From positions 1-50,635 of IMG/VR virus record IMGVR_UViG_3300013137_002980: a DNA stretch of 50,635 bases; one strand, 5' to 3'. Below are positions 1 to 8,051 of this stretch, piece after piece. Positions within the stretch are counted from its first letter, which is position 1. Each line of letters starts with the position of its first letter. Position numbers and translations under genes: made by a program. This DNA is from a virus. Its lineage: Duplodnaviria > Caudoviricetes. The notes beneath the pieces were generated by a model, which was given only the letters and a program-made list of their open reading frames with translations, was not told where the DNA came from and did no database searches.

Positions 1-162
1 CAGCTTAGCATTGGCGGGTAAAAAGGGTTCTAGTGGGTGTGTTTATATTTTAGAATCAGTCATTTACAAATTAAGAATTTAATATAAATTAAGTTTATCA
101 TCGCATATATTTTAGCTAAAAAGTGCGATGATTTGAGTTTAATTATTTAGCCAAAAATCAAA

Positions 163-191
163 TTCACAAAATTTTCACAATATTTTCACAA
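163..191. repeat. Three tandem TTCACAA repeats with 11-bp period; candidate integrase arm-type sites near the prophage end
   Basis: TTCACAA at 163-169, 174-180 and 185-191 in the AT-rich non-coding terminus; function inferred from position. Confidence 0.5.
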
Positions 192-257
192 TATGATTTT
201 TTCAGGCTAAAAATTTATTGACTTAAATGACAGTGGAATTTTGGGAAAAATGGGCAT

Positions 258-280
258 AAAAAAGCCACCCGAAGGTGGCT
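258..280 (-). terminator. Rho-independent terminator after antirepressor
   Basis: Minus strand GCCACC-TTCG-GGTGGC followed by T-run. Confidence 0.85.
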
Positions 281-288
281 AAATATCA

Positions 289-1116
289 CTAAATGACGGG
301 GTTTAAACTGCGGCATTCTGACAGTGTTTTGTAGCCTATCCCGCCCTTATGCCAATCATGTCTTTGCGCCAACTCATAAATTGGCATGTAGACTTCCCTG
401 CCTACAATTTGCCGTGCATCTTCTGCAGCAAATTTAAAATGGTCATGGATACCATGTCCCATAGTCGGGCTAATCTTGCGGATCGCTTCTCCGAACTCTG
501 CCCACCAGTGGTTGAGCCATAGCGCGTGCAGTGCGATTGAACGTGACCGATCGGAAACAGCAGTTTGGTTTTTCTCTGCTTGAGAAAATAACGCTATTAA
601 GTGATGCACGTATTCCACCGCAACTGGTATCGCCTCGTATGGAATATCTTCTATATGCTCTACATTAAAGCGTTGATGCACAAGTTTATAGGCTTCTGAG
701 TAATTTAAGTGTTTGGTTTTAGCCACGAGCATATTCACAGCATTGGTTAGTGGTTCACGCTCTGATTTGTGGGTTTTGGCTACTGGTGCATCTACCGCTT
801 TGTCCAAAATATCTAAAACCCATTTTCGGAATTGCTTAGCGATAACTGTTTTGGAAAACATAGCAATTAGGTGAGCACCACGAAGCGAGAAAATACGGTT
901 TTCCATTTCCACTTTACCCGTCTTTCTAACGACACTCATTTTGAGGGTCGTTGTCATTGATGCAGTAAACTCATCTTTATTACGCTCATACACTTGAGTA
1001 ACTGCATCAGATTTTACATAACCTAGTGCCCCTGCCAATTCGCTCGCAGTTAACCAAACTTGCCCATCTTGCTGTATGGGATTAAATTTAACTTCATTAA
1101 ATGTTAGACTAATCAT
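289..1116 (-). CDS. Phage antirepressor, Bro-N domain plus P22 Ant C-terminal-like domain
   Basis: WLTASELAGALGY...RIFSLRGAHLIAMFSKT..AKQFRKWVLDILD (Bro-N); NYSEAYKLVHQRFNVEHIEDIP..AVEYVH (P22_AR_C-like); GGAG RBS. Confidence 0.85.
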   Translation of the reverse strand: MISLTFNEVKFNPIQQDGQVWLTASELAGALGYVKSDAVTQVYERNKDEFTASMTTTLKMSVVRKTGKVEMENRIFSLRGAHLIAMFSKTVIAKQFRKWVLDILDKAVDAPVAKTHKSEREPLTNAVNMLVAKTKHLNYSEAYKLVHQRFNVEHIEDIPYEAIPVAVEYVHHLIALFSQAEKNQTAVSDRSRSIALHALWLNHWWAEFGEAIRKISPTMGHGIHDHFKFAAEDARQIVGREVYMPIYELAQRHDWHKGGIGYKTLSECRSLNPVI

Positions 1117-1183
1117 GTCTTTTCTCCTGGTAGAGAATTAGATAGAGCCCCTTGTTTGATGTGAGAGTCGCAAGGGGTTTTTT

Positions 1184-1256
1184 ATCCCCATTGGGGATGC
1201 ATTAAACTGTATTCTTCAAAATATATGTTGTCAATCCCCATTGGGGATATTATTAT
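1184..1256. promoter_or_regulatory. Divergent sigma70 promoters with two identical palindromic operators ATCCCCATTGGGGAT
   Basis: Operators at 1184-1198 and 1234-1248; plus strand TTGTCA(1228)-17bp-TATTAT(1251); minus strand TTGACA(1234-1229)-17bp-TACAGT(1211-1206). Confidence 0.8.
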
Positions 1257-1285
1257 AAAAATAATTTGGACTGAACTAACTAAAA

Positions 1286-1729
1286 ATGGCTAGAAATTTA
1301 GACGTCGAATACAAAATGCGTATGACGCAAGAGCTAAAAGACAAAATTGTCGAATCGGCTAAAGAACTAAATCGCTCAATGAATGCGGATATTGTGGCTC
1401 GACTTGAAGAAAGCTTTTTGAGAAATGAGAGTTCTGCTCCTGCCAGTTCTGATGTAAAAATCATTCATTTAAAAAATGGAAAAAAACGTGTGGTTTATGG
1501 AAAGTTGCTCAATACGCTTGATTTAGACTACACACAAGAACTCTCTGCCCTACAAAATGACATTCACCTTTCTCTAGAAGTATTAAGTGGCTCTTCTTTT
1601 TGGAATTCATTAAAGTTTTTCAATAAAGATGTTTTAGTTTTTAAGGGCGACAATCATATTGATGTTGTAGATAACGGTAAAAGAAGTCTTGGTTGGTTGG
1701 TTGTAGAAGATCATGATGTCAGTACTTAA
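1286..1729 (+). CDS. Arc/Mnt-family ribbon-helix-helix repressor with C-terminal extension
   Basis: YKMRMTQELKDKIVESAKELNRSMNADIVARLEESF matches the Arc fold. Confidence 0.9.
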   Translation: MARNLDVEYKMRMTQELKDKIVESAKELNRSMNADIVARLEESFLRNESSAPASSDVKIIHLKNGKKRVVYGKLLNTLDLDYTQELSALQNDIHLSLEVLSGSSFWNSLKFFNKDVLVFKGDNHIDVVDNGKRSLGWLVVEDHDVST

Positions 1730-1827
1730 AAAAGAAGTGATGAAAATTAATTTTAAGCTTAACTAAAACTCTTAAATTTAATAAGTATGAATATCAGCAA
1801 ACTAAATTATCAATAGGGCCTTTTTAA

Positions 1828-2499
1828 ATGGATATTTTTTCTAATATATGGGGCTTTCTTAAAGAGTATAGTGGTATTTTTGCTAGTATTCCTGTACTGA
1901 TCTACTTAACAAACCTTGTTATTTTAAAATTTATTAAAAAAGATGAACTGGTGCTTCAAAAGGACTTAAACATTCAATTAGAGCGAGAGAAAGCTAATTT
2001 TAATGCCAAACTTGAACGAATAAAGGCACACTATACTCAAGAGAATGAAAAGTTAAAAAGCGAATTGTCACATCAAAATGCAAGATTACAAATTGCATAT
2101 TCAGGCGTATATAAAGATCAAGCTGAAGCATTACGTTTACTTTATACTTTAATCTTAGAATTTGAAGTAGCAATACGAGATAGAAGGAATCCAAATATTA
2201 TAGATTCGAGCAAATATAAAAAGCCTGCCGAAATACTAGAAACTTTTAAAATTGAATTCTACAAAAATGCTATTTTTTTACCTCATCATCTCGATGAAAA
2301 AATATTTGAAATTATTGGCTTTGGATTTTCGAAATTTCTTTTCGATAAGTTTTTGCTTGCTGAGCAAAAGGCAATTCAGGGTGATTTAGATGAGGCAAAC
2401 AAACTTAGTGATGAAGGCTTTGTTAATGATGCTGAATTTATTAAACTTAGAGATGATTTTAGAAATGAAATAAGAAAAATCTTAGCCATAAATGAGTAA
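1828..2499 (+). CDS. Hypothetical AT-rich membrane-anchored coiled-coil protein (accessory gene)
   Basis: N-terminal hydrophobic segment GIFASIPVLIYLTNLVIL followed by heptad-rich helix. Confidence 0.7.
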   Translation: MDIFSNIWGFLKEYSGIFASIPVLIYLTNLVILKFIKKDELVLQKDLNIQLEREKANFNAKLERIKAHYTQENEKLKSELSHQNARLQIAYSGVYKDQAEALRLLYTLILEFEVAIRDRRNPNIIDSSKYKKPAEILETFKIEFYKNAIFLPHHLDEKIFEIIGFGFSKFLFDKFLLAEQKAIQGDLDEANKLSDEGFVNDAEFIKLRDDFRNEIRKILAINE

Positions 2500-2503
2500 T
2501 ATA

Positions 2504-2529
2504 AAAGCCCCTCAAGGGGGCCTTTTTTT
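2504..2529. terminator. Bidirectional terminator
   Basis: AAAAGCCCC-TCAA-GGGGGCCTTTTTTT between convergent genes. Confidence 0.8.
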
Positions 2530-2568
2530 AGAGACAGCTTAATGTTTTAAATTTAGTTGCTATGACTT

Positions 2569-3624
2569 TTATTGTGCATACATAATAGATATAGATTTTA
2601 CTGTTTCATTAAAATGATCAACAAGTTCAATATTTCGTTGTTCATTTTTTATGTCGAATGTTCCTTTGTTCTTAAAGAGCTCCTTCCTTTTATCTATTTT
2701 TTGTTGGTCTAACAATTTATCACACTCGGTATTAATGTAGTTATCATATAGTTTAGAAAAATATTTTGCGAGCAAATCTTTTATCAAATTTTCTAAATTG
2801 TGACCTCTAAAAAACATATAGCAGTTTGATTCATTAATATTTTGAACACACATATAGTCAATGACTTTATTAAAATCTTTGATTGCATTAAAGCGAGTGA
2901 AATGCTGTAAAATATTATTTTCAAACGAATGTAACTTCTGCACTAGAGATAGCCATTCATTACAAGAAAAGAAATTTTCCTCAAAAAAACTAATATTATT
3001 AGGCTTAATTTTATTAATATCCTGTAAAATACTATAAAGTGATATTAAGCTATACTTTGCATCCCTATTCTTATCTTTTAAAATAAAATCATGGAAAATA
3101 GCTTGCAAAAGCGGCTTATACAAAATTTTTGAGAATTCAGCATAAAACCTATCTAACCAAGGTGCTTTGTTTGAAATCACGGACTTATGAATGCACAACT
3201 TTTTTGCGAAGAAATTTTGAACAAACTCTTTGTGGTATTCTATACTTTCGACAGAATGTACAAGGGTTTCAAAAATATAATCTGATTTTTTATATTCACC
3301 GTGGTCAGGATTAATGGCTTTGTTCATCAAAAAAACAATATAGTCATAATCACTATCTTTACAGACAACGAGATATTTACCCAAATTATAATGCCCTATT
3401 TTCTCTAACTGCTTACAACCTTCAGCTGGTAATATTCTTAACTCATCTGACATATCTATTGCGGTAGCAAAATCAAAGACCAAATTATCTTGCTCTGGAA
3501 ATGCATCACTCCACAACCGAACGTCTTTTTTATTTTCCACTAAAACTTTAACGTGTTTTTGATCAGTAAAGTAATCAAAGTTTTCATAATATTCACTTGA
3601 TTCTTCAAATGCTATGTCACTCAC
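2569..3624 (-). CDS. ariB: DUF4435/TOPRIM-like nuclease, PARIS AriB-like effector
   Basis: VLVENKKDVRLW, VCKDSDYDY (DxD), HSVES and RGHNL motifs; 4-bp overlap with upstream ABC-type ATPase. Confidence 0.75.
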   Translation of the reverse strand: MSDIAFEESSEYYENFDYFTDQKHVKVLVENKKDVRLWSDAFPEQDNLVFDFATAIDMSDELRILPAEGCKQLEKIGHYNLGKYLVVCKDSDYDYIVFLMNKAINPDHGEYKKSDYIFETLVHSVESIEYHKEFVQNFFAKKLCIHKSVISNKAPWLDRFYAEFSKILYKPLLQAIFHDFILKDKNRDAKYSLISLYSILQDINKIKPNNISFFEENFFSCNEWLSLVQKLHSFENNILQHFTRFNAIKDFNKVIDYMCVQNINESNCYMFFRGHNLENLIKDLLAKYFSKLYDNYINTECDKLLDQQKIDKRKELFKNKGTFDIKNEQRNIELVDHFNETVKSISIMYAQ

Positions 3625-4910
3625 TCTTCAAACTCCACGCTATTTTTTAACTTTGTAACATTAATAAATCCAACATCTTCTATATCACGCGGAATTAGAG
3701 CTGGAGAGTGTGTTGATATAAAGAACTGAGATTTTGGCGCTAATTCTAGAAAAGTGCTCAACAAGATTCTCTGCCACTCTACATGCATAGCTAAATCTGG
3801 CTCATCAAAAATAAATATAGTATTGGAGTCTTTATATAAAAATACTATTAACAGTAAACAAATGAGATTTTTTTCACCTTTTGAACAGTCATACCACTGT
3901 ATCTCTTTCTCTTGTACTCCACTTCTTTTATGTATTATTTCTTTAAAATAAATCAAACCATCATCAGATAAAAGCACTTTTTTATTGATTTGCTCAAAAA
4001 ATAAATTTATTTTATCTAAAAAATCATTTGCCTCTTTTGTAAACCTTTTTTTAGATAATAGATTATTAAAAAATGATTTAATTTCATTATTATCAAAATA
4101 GTTAAAATCTTCTTTTGATTTTAAATACTCATTTGCTAAATCTTCTGATAATGAGTCATCACTAGATATAACACATTTTCTAAATTCTGATAAAAGTAAA
4201 AAAATTGATTTATCTAAATTATTGTTTTGTGAAAAAACATCTAAGCCACTTAAATTATTAGGCGTATTTAAACCTCTTGTATAAAAAAATTGCTCATCCT
4301 TATAAAATGCCGCAGACAATTTTCTTATATTAGATTTTAAGTCTTGATTGTATTGATTCATAATGGGTGATACATCTGAATACACTGTTTTTTCCAATCC
4401 TACATTTATAGCAAAAATATTTGTAGAGTTTTCTTCTCTGGCAACTTTTTTTGTTATATTAGCTGACTCTTGATTGCTGCTTAACTCCTTTACCAAATAA
4501 TCATAATACTCTTTGATACCCAAGTTTTCTTTACCTGAAACCTTTTGTGAAACTCGTTGGACACTTTCAAAATCATATTGCTTTGTAATAATATTTTTTA
4601 TAGTTATTTTTACTTTGCTATTTGGGGTGATAATACCTGGAATAGAGTCTTTATAATTTTCATAGAATTTATCATCTAATAAAGTTAATTCAACGCCCCA
4701 ATCTTTTCTTGCTGAGAAGAGTGGGCGCTGAACTTTTTGACCAACACCGTCTAATGCCAAAAATATACCATTAAGTATTGTCGACTTACCTGCACCATTG
4801 TAGCCAGTAAGGATTGTCATTCTTTTCGCATAAGAAATCTCAGTAACACTTTTATCTGAGTGCACCCCAATAAAATTAGAATTTTTTAAAAAAATCATTA
4901 TGATTCTCAC
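3621..4910 (-). CDS. ariA: ABC-type (AAA_15/AAA_21) ATPase, PARIS AriA-like sensor
   Basis: Walker A GYNGAGKST, signature CSKGEK, Walker B IFIFDEPD, H-loop ISTHSP; very AT-rich. Confidence 0.8.
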   Translation of the reverse strand: MRIIMIFLKNSNFIGVHSDKSVTEISYAKRMTILTGYNGAGKSTILNGIFLALDGVGQKVQRPLFSARKDWGVELTLLDDKFYENYKDSIPGIITPNSKVKITIKNIITKQYDFESVQRVSQKVSGKENLGIKEYYDYLVKELSSNQESANITKKVAREENSTNIFAINVGLEKTVYSDVSPIMNQYNQDLKSNIRKLSAAFYKDEQFFYTRGLNTPNNLSGLDVFSQNNNLDKSIFLLLSEFRKCVISSDDSLSEDLANEYLKSKEDFNYFDNNEIKSFFNNLLSKKRFTKEANDFLDKINLFFEQINKKVLLSDDGLIYFKEIIHKRSGVQEKEIQWYDCSKGEKNLICLLLIVFLYKDSNTIFIFDEPDLAMHVEWQRILLSTFLELAPKSQFFISTHSPALIPRDIEDVGFINVTKLKNSVEFEE

Positions 4911-5156
4911 AATTTGATTATACTCGAGTCACAATGCACAAAGTTTTGGCAAGTGATTTGATGATCTATTATGCTTTCCCTCAAATGAGAGTCAATGTCA
5001 TTATTTATCAATCATATAATAAGTTATCATTTCAATCATAGTATTATTTTTTTGCTCTTGTCATAACTCCTATTGAATGCTACATCGTTTTACGCCAACT
5101 ATATAAATGACATAGTCAACATCAAACATGCCAAATCGCATAGACATTACCCGAAA

Positions 5157-5213
5157 GGACTAAAATCCAAATTTGTCAACCAACTTTTTGGACTAAAACA
5201 GAGATTTGTCAAC
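5157..5213. repeat. Direct repeat GGACTAAAA-N5-ATTTGTCAAC, two copies 33 bp apart
   Basis: Copies at 5157-5180 and 5190-5213. Confidence 0.7.
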
Positions 5214-5247
5214 TAAAGTGCCATTTGGACATTTAGTACTGAAAAAT

Positions 5248-5274
5248 AAAAGCCCGCATCAGCGGGCATTTTTT
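5248..5274. terminator. Terminator hairpin GCCCGC-ATCA-GCGGGC, copy 1
   Basis: A-run/hairpin/T-run; identical core at 6032-6048. Confidence 0.8.
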
Positions 5275-5279
5275 ATTCT

Positions 5280-5378
5280 TTATTTTATTTTTGCTACGAT
5301 CTGCTCCTCACCTATCTCACAACGTATTTCTACAGCACAGTTTAGCCCAAATATAGACAACAATAATTTAAACATCAT
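5280..5378 (-). CDS. Small 32-aa ORF MMFKLLLSIFGLNCAVEIRCEIGEEQIVAKIK (below ORF-track cutoff)
   Basis: Hand translation; GGGGA RBS; terminator follows; resembles the 34200-34313 product. Confidence 0.45.
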   Translation of the reverse strand: MMFKLLLSIFGLNCAVEIRCEIGEEQIVAKIK

Positions 5379-5395
5379 TTTCCCCAAGTATTTCT

Positions 5396-5629
5396 TTATC
5401 TATTGGGTAGATTTGAGTTATGTTTCATGCGATTCATTCGATCAATATCTGTAGGTTTGTAGCCATGATCCAAGAGATACTTGGTCTTATCATCGGGATA
5501 GTCTCTCAGAATATTGACTCTCCGACAAACCCGGTACGGTTCATTCCTTCTAGAATTACTATAGATTTCCAATAATTCAAGCCACAAGGTGTATACTCTC
5601 ACGCGATCATTAATCACATAAATAGACAT
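5396..5629 (-). CDS. Possible 77-aa hypothetical protein (MSIYVINDRV...)
   Basis: Open frame ending just before the RBS of 5280-5378; starts back-to-back with the 5631 gene, so uncertain. Confidence 0.3.
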   Translation of the reverse strand: MSIYVINDRVRVYTLWLELLEIYSNSRRNEPYRVCRRVNILRDYPDDKTKYLLDHGYKPTDIDRMNRMKHNSNLPNR

Positions 5630-5630
5630 T

Positions 5631-6026
5631 ATGAAATTCATTATCTTGGCTTTATTTTTCTTTTCTACTTGGGCATCGGCAAAAGAAATTAATTCAATTC
5701 CAAATGAGTATATTGGACTCTGGGGTGATAGCGTCCGCACATGCAAAACTAAAGAGCCTAACGGGGACTTTATGCTCCTTGTAAATGTTACTCCAAAGCT
5801 TATTGAGGGGAGTTATGCGGAATCAAGCTTTACATTTAAACCTATTTTTATAGAAGATGACTGGATGCACAACAAAGCTCTACCAACTGCAGGATGGTAT
5901 GCGCCATATTACGATGAAGATGGTGATCAGCAACAAAAACCAGTATTGATGAATGTAACGCTTTTCAAAGAGCGCAATGGATTGTACATATTGCCATTAG
6001 CTAGCACAAAACTTGTAAAATGTTAA
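5631..6026 (+). CDS. Hypothetical exported protein
   Basis: Signal peptide MKFIILALFFFSTWASA; IPNEYIGLWG..C motif; terminal Cys. Confidence 0.75.
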   Translation: MKFIILALFFFSTWASAKEINSIPNEYIGLWGDSVRTCKTKEPNGDFMLLVNVTPKLIEGSYAESSFTFKPIFIEDDWMHNKALPTAGWYAPYYDEDGDQQQKPVLMNVTLFKERNGLYILPLASTKLVKC

Positions 6027-6030
6027 AAAG

Positions 6031-6055
6031 AAGCCCGCATCAGCGGGCTTTTTTT
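6031..6055. terminator. Terminator hairpin GCCCGC-ATCA-GCGGGC, copy 2
   Basis: Between convergent genes, with T-run. Confidence 0.85.
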
Positions 6056-6066
6056 ATAGAAAGAAA

Positions 6067-6432
6067 TTAATAAATAATACCATCCCACCAACCACGCACA
6101 TCTCTGTTGGTAGTATATGAGGCAGTGTTACCTGGTTTCAGTGTGTAGTTGCAGGTGTAAACTGTTGCATACTGACGGCCAGTTCTTGCATGTGTCAGAT
6201 AATTGGTTTGTACCGCTCTTCCAGTAGAACAACCAGATAAGCTCAAGGCTTCTGATAATGTCGTATAGGAGGTTGATAGTCTTTGTGTTGGTCCATCACA
6301 TTGATATTTACCTGAATTGGTCTGCCAACAAACTGCAAGTGCTGTATTAGGAGAGTCATCAGCTATTACTTGCGTGGATCCAAAAATTGAAAAACACATA
6401 GTCATAGCTGCAAATAATTTTAAAGTCTTCAA
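6067..6432 (-). CDS. Hypothetical exported Cys-containing protein
   Basis: Signal peptide; four Cys in mature part; GGGG RBS before TTG start. Confidence 0.75.
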   Translation of the reverse strand: MKTLKLFAAMTMCFSIFGSTQVIADDSPNTALAVCWQTNSGKYQCDGPTQRLSTSYTTLSEALSLSGCSTGRAVQTNYLTHARTGRQYATVYTCNYTLKPGNTASYTTNRDVRGWWDGIIY

Positions 6433-6585
6433 CTTTAATTCCCCTTAAAAAATTAACTCTGAAATGCTGCTTAAAATTTCATATATAGCATGACTATTTA
6501 AATAGGGATACTCCCAATATTAGGATGTCTTTTGGATGACGCTTAGATTAATTTAGTAACAGTGTTGCTATAAAGGGACTTAAAA

Positions 6586-7170
6586 ATGAAAAAAAATATT
6601 CTGGGGATAATAGCGCTTTCGGTTATATCCATGTGTACATTTGCGGCTACAGATGGGGTATACGCTATTCAAAATGGCTACTACTCTATCAATGTTAAAT
6701 TCGCAGAAAATAGTCTCACAATTGTTGAGCCTAATAAAACATCCACTTATCTAAAAGATACGAGTGGAAATTATATTTTCACAAATCCAACCAACAACAT
6801 TACTTATGGTATGCGTGTTGTGGATGATAAAACCATAGAGGCATACAAGCCAGGTGTTCCAAACTCAACAACGGTTCTCACATTAAAATCTGCATCAGCC
6901 AAAGCCTCAAGTGAGGATAAAGGTAATCAGATGAAAGCTCTTGCTGATAAATATTTTAAACTTGCGGAATCAGACAGTAACAATGTTCACACGTGGGCAA
7001 ATTGTGCCTCTGTAGCTTTGGCTTATTCGAGCCTGTCTTTGGAAAAAGCAAAAGAAATGGAGTTACAAGCAGCGACTTTAATTAAGTTAAGTCAATCGCC
7101 TGTAGCAAACTCATCTCCTTGCTCTGAAGTAATATCTAATAAAACTTGGATATCAGCTCCAAGCTATTAA
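6586..7170 (+). CDS. Hypothetical exported protein
   Basis: Signal peptide MKKNILGIIALSVISMCTFA; AAGGGA RBS; Cys pair in helical C-terminal domain. Confidence 0.8.
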   Translation: MKKNILGIIALSVISMCTFAATDGVYAIQNGYYSINVKFAENSLTIVEPNKTSTYLKDTSGNYIFTNPTNNITYGMRVVDDKTIEAYKPGVPNSTTVLTLKSASAKASSEDKGNQMKALADKYFKLAESDSNNVHTWANCASVALAYSSLSLEKAKEMELQAATLIKLSQSPVANSSPCSEVISNKTWISAPSY

Positions 7171-7198
7171 TAAACAAAGTTAATTTAAGCAAAAGCCC

Positions 7199-7786
7199 TC
7201 ACTTGAGGGCTTTCTTATACGCATTACCAAGCTTCACATCATAAGAGTTCTTTGCATACGCAGGGCCATTATAGCCACGTGCGAATGTTCGCCAATCCTT
7301 ATTTTTGAGTGCATTAATCAGCTTGTTCGTCACAATGTAGCGGCACATCGCATCAAGCTGTGATGCTTCATCACGGTACATGGCATTGATGAAGTTTTGC
7401 AGAGTCGGATAGCCCAAAGCTTTCCAGTGATAGCCCATCACCTGACCAATGCCCCATGATGCTGACTCTAAAGCCGATTCACGATGATATTGAGCAGCTG
7501 CATTCAAACGTCCGTGCTGTGCCGAGTATAAGCCATAGTTGCCCATGGTTTTATTGCACAGATCAGGACGCTCACGCATAGCCTTGTCTGCTGTAGCTGC
7601 TTTACCGTTAGCAATCAGTCTTTGCCGAAATACATGTCGCTCAAACAGAATCACTGGTGTACCGTCAGCATTAAACCCACTGCCCTTGCACTCAACTTCG
7701 ATCACGGCTTTTAATGCAGCGGCTTCGATGCCGAGTCCCAATGCTTGTGCTTGGATTTGTGCTTCAGTTAGTTTTTTGCTCATCAT
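7199..7786 (-). CDS. Endolysin, N-acetylmuramidase (DUF3380-type)
   Basis: VIEVECKGSGF, ILFERHVF, SASWGIGQVMG, ARGYNGPAY motifs; probable start MMSKK at 7786. Confidence 0.9.
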   Translation of the reverse strand: MMSKKLTEAQIQAQALGLGIEAAALKAVIEVECKGSGFNADGTPVILFERHVFRQRLIANGKAATADKAMRERPDLCNKTMGNYGLYSAQHGRLNAAAQYHRESALESASWGIGQVMGYHWKALGYPTLQNFINAMYRDEASQLDAMCRYIVTNKLINALKNKDWRTFARGYNGPAYAKNSYDVKLGNAYKKALK

Positions 7787-8051
7787 TATCTCCATGCAAT
7801 TCAGGCTGATATTTCAAGCGGGAAAAAACACTTAGCACATTGTTTAGGAAGCCAAGCCACAATACCCATGAATGCGGTAATAACTCTTTAATTTCTTGTG
7901 GCACCGCTGCCCAAAACTGTGGAAAGTTAGCGCCAAATAGCCACAACAATTCAAAAGCTGCGTACATCAAGACATAAAAAAAGGCGCTTAATGCACCCAC
8001 TTGTACTGACTTGAGTCTCCATGCTTGTTTCCAATCATTAATTAATTTCAC
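7764..8051 (-). CDS. Putative holin/antiholin-like membrane protein
   Basis: Two hydrophobic segments; immediately upstream of endolysin. Confidence 0.65.
   Translation of the reverse strand: MKLINDWKQAWRLKSVQVGALSAFFYVLMYAAFELLWLFGANFPQFWAAVPQEIKELLPHSWVLWLGFLNNVLSVFSRLKYQPELHGDNDEQKTN

Noticed and set aside
1-130. tRNA fragment or att core at window start
   Set aside because: No tRNA 3'-end signature and no matching repeat at the right end inside the window
2569-4910. Retron, Septu or Gabija assignment for the ATPase pair
   Set aside because: No RT, HNH or UvrD partner; partner motifs fit DUF4435/TOPRIM
5157-5230. Possible mini CRISPR array
   Set aside because: Only two imperfect copies with a 9-bp gap; no spacer-length unique segments and no cas genes
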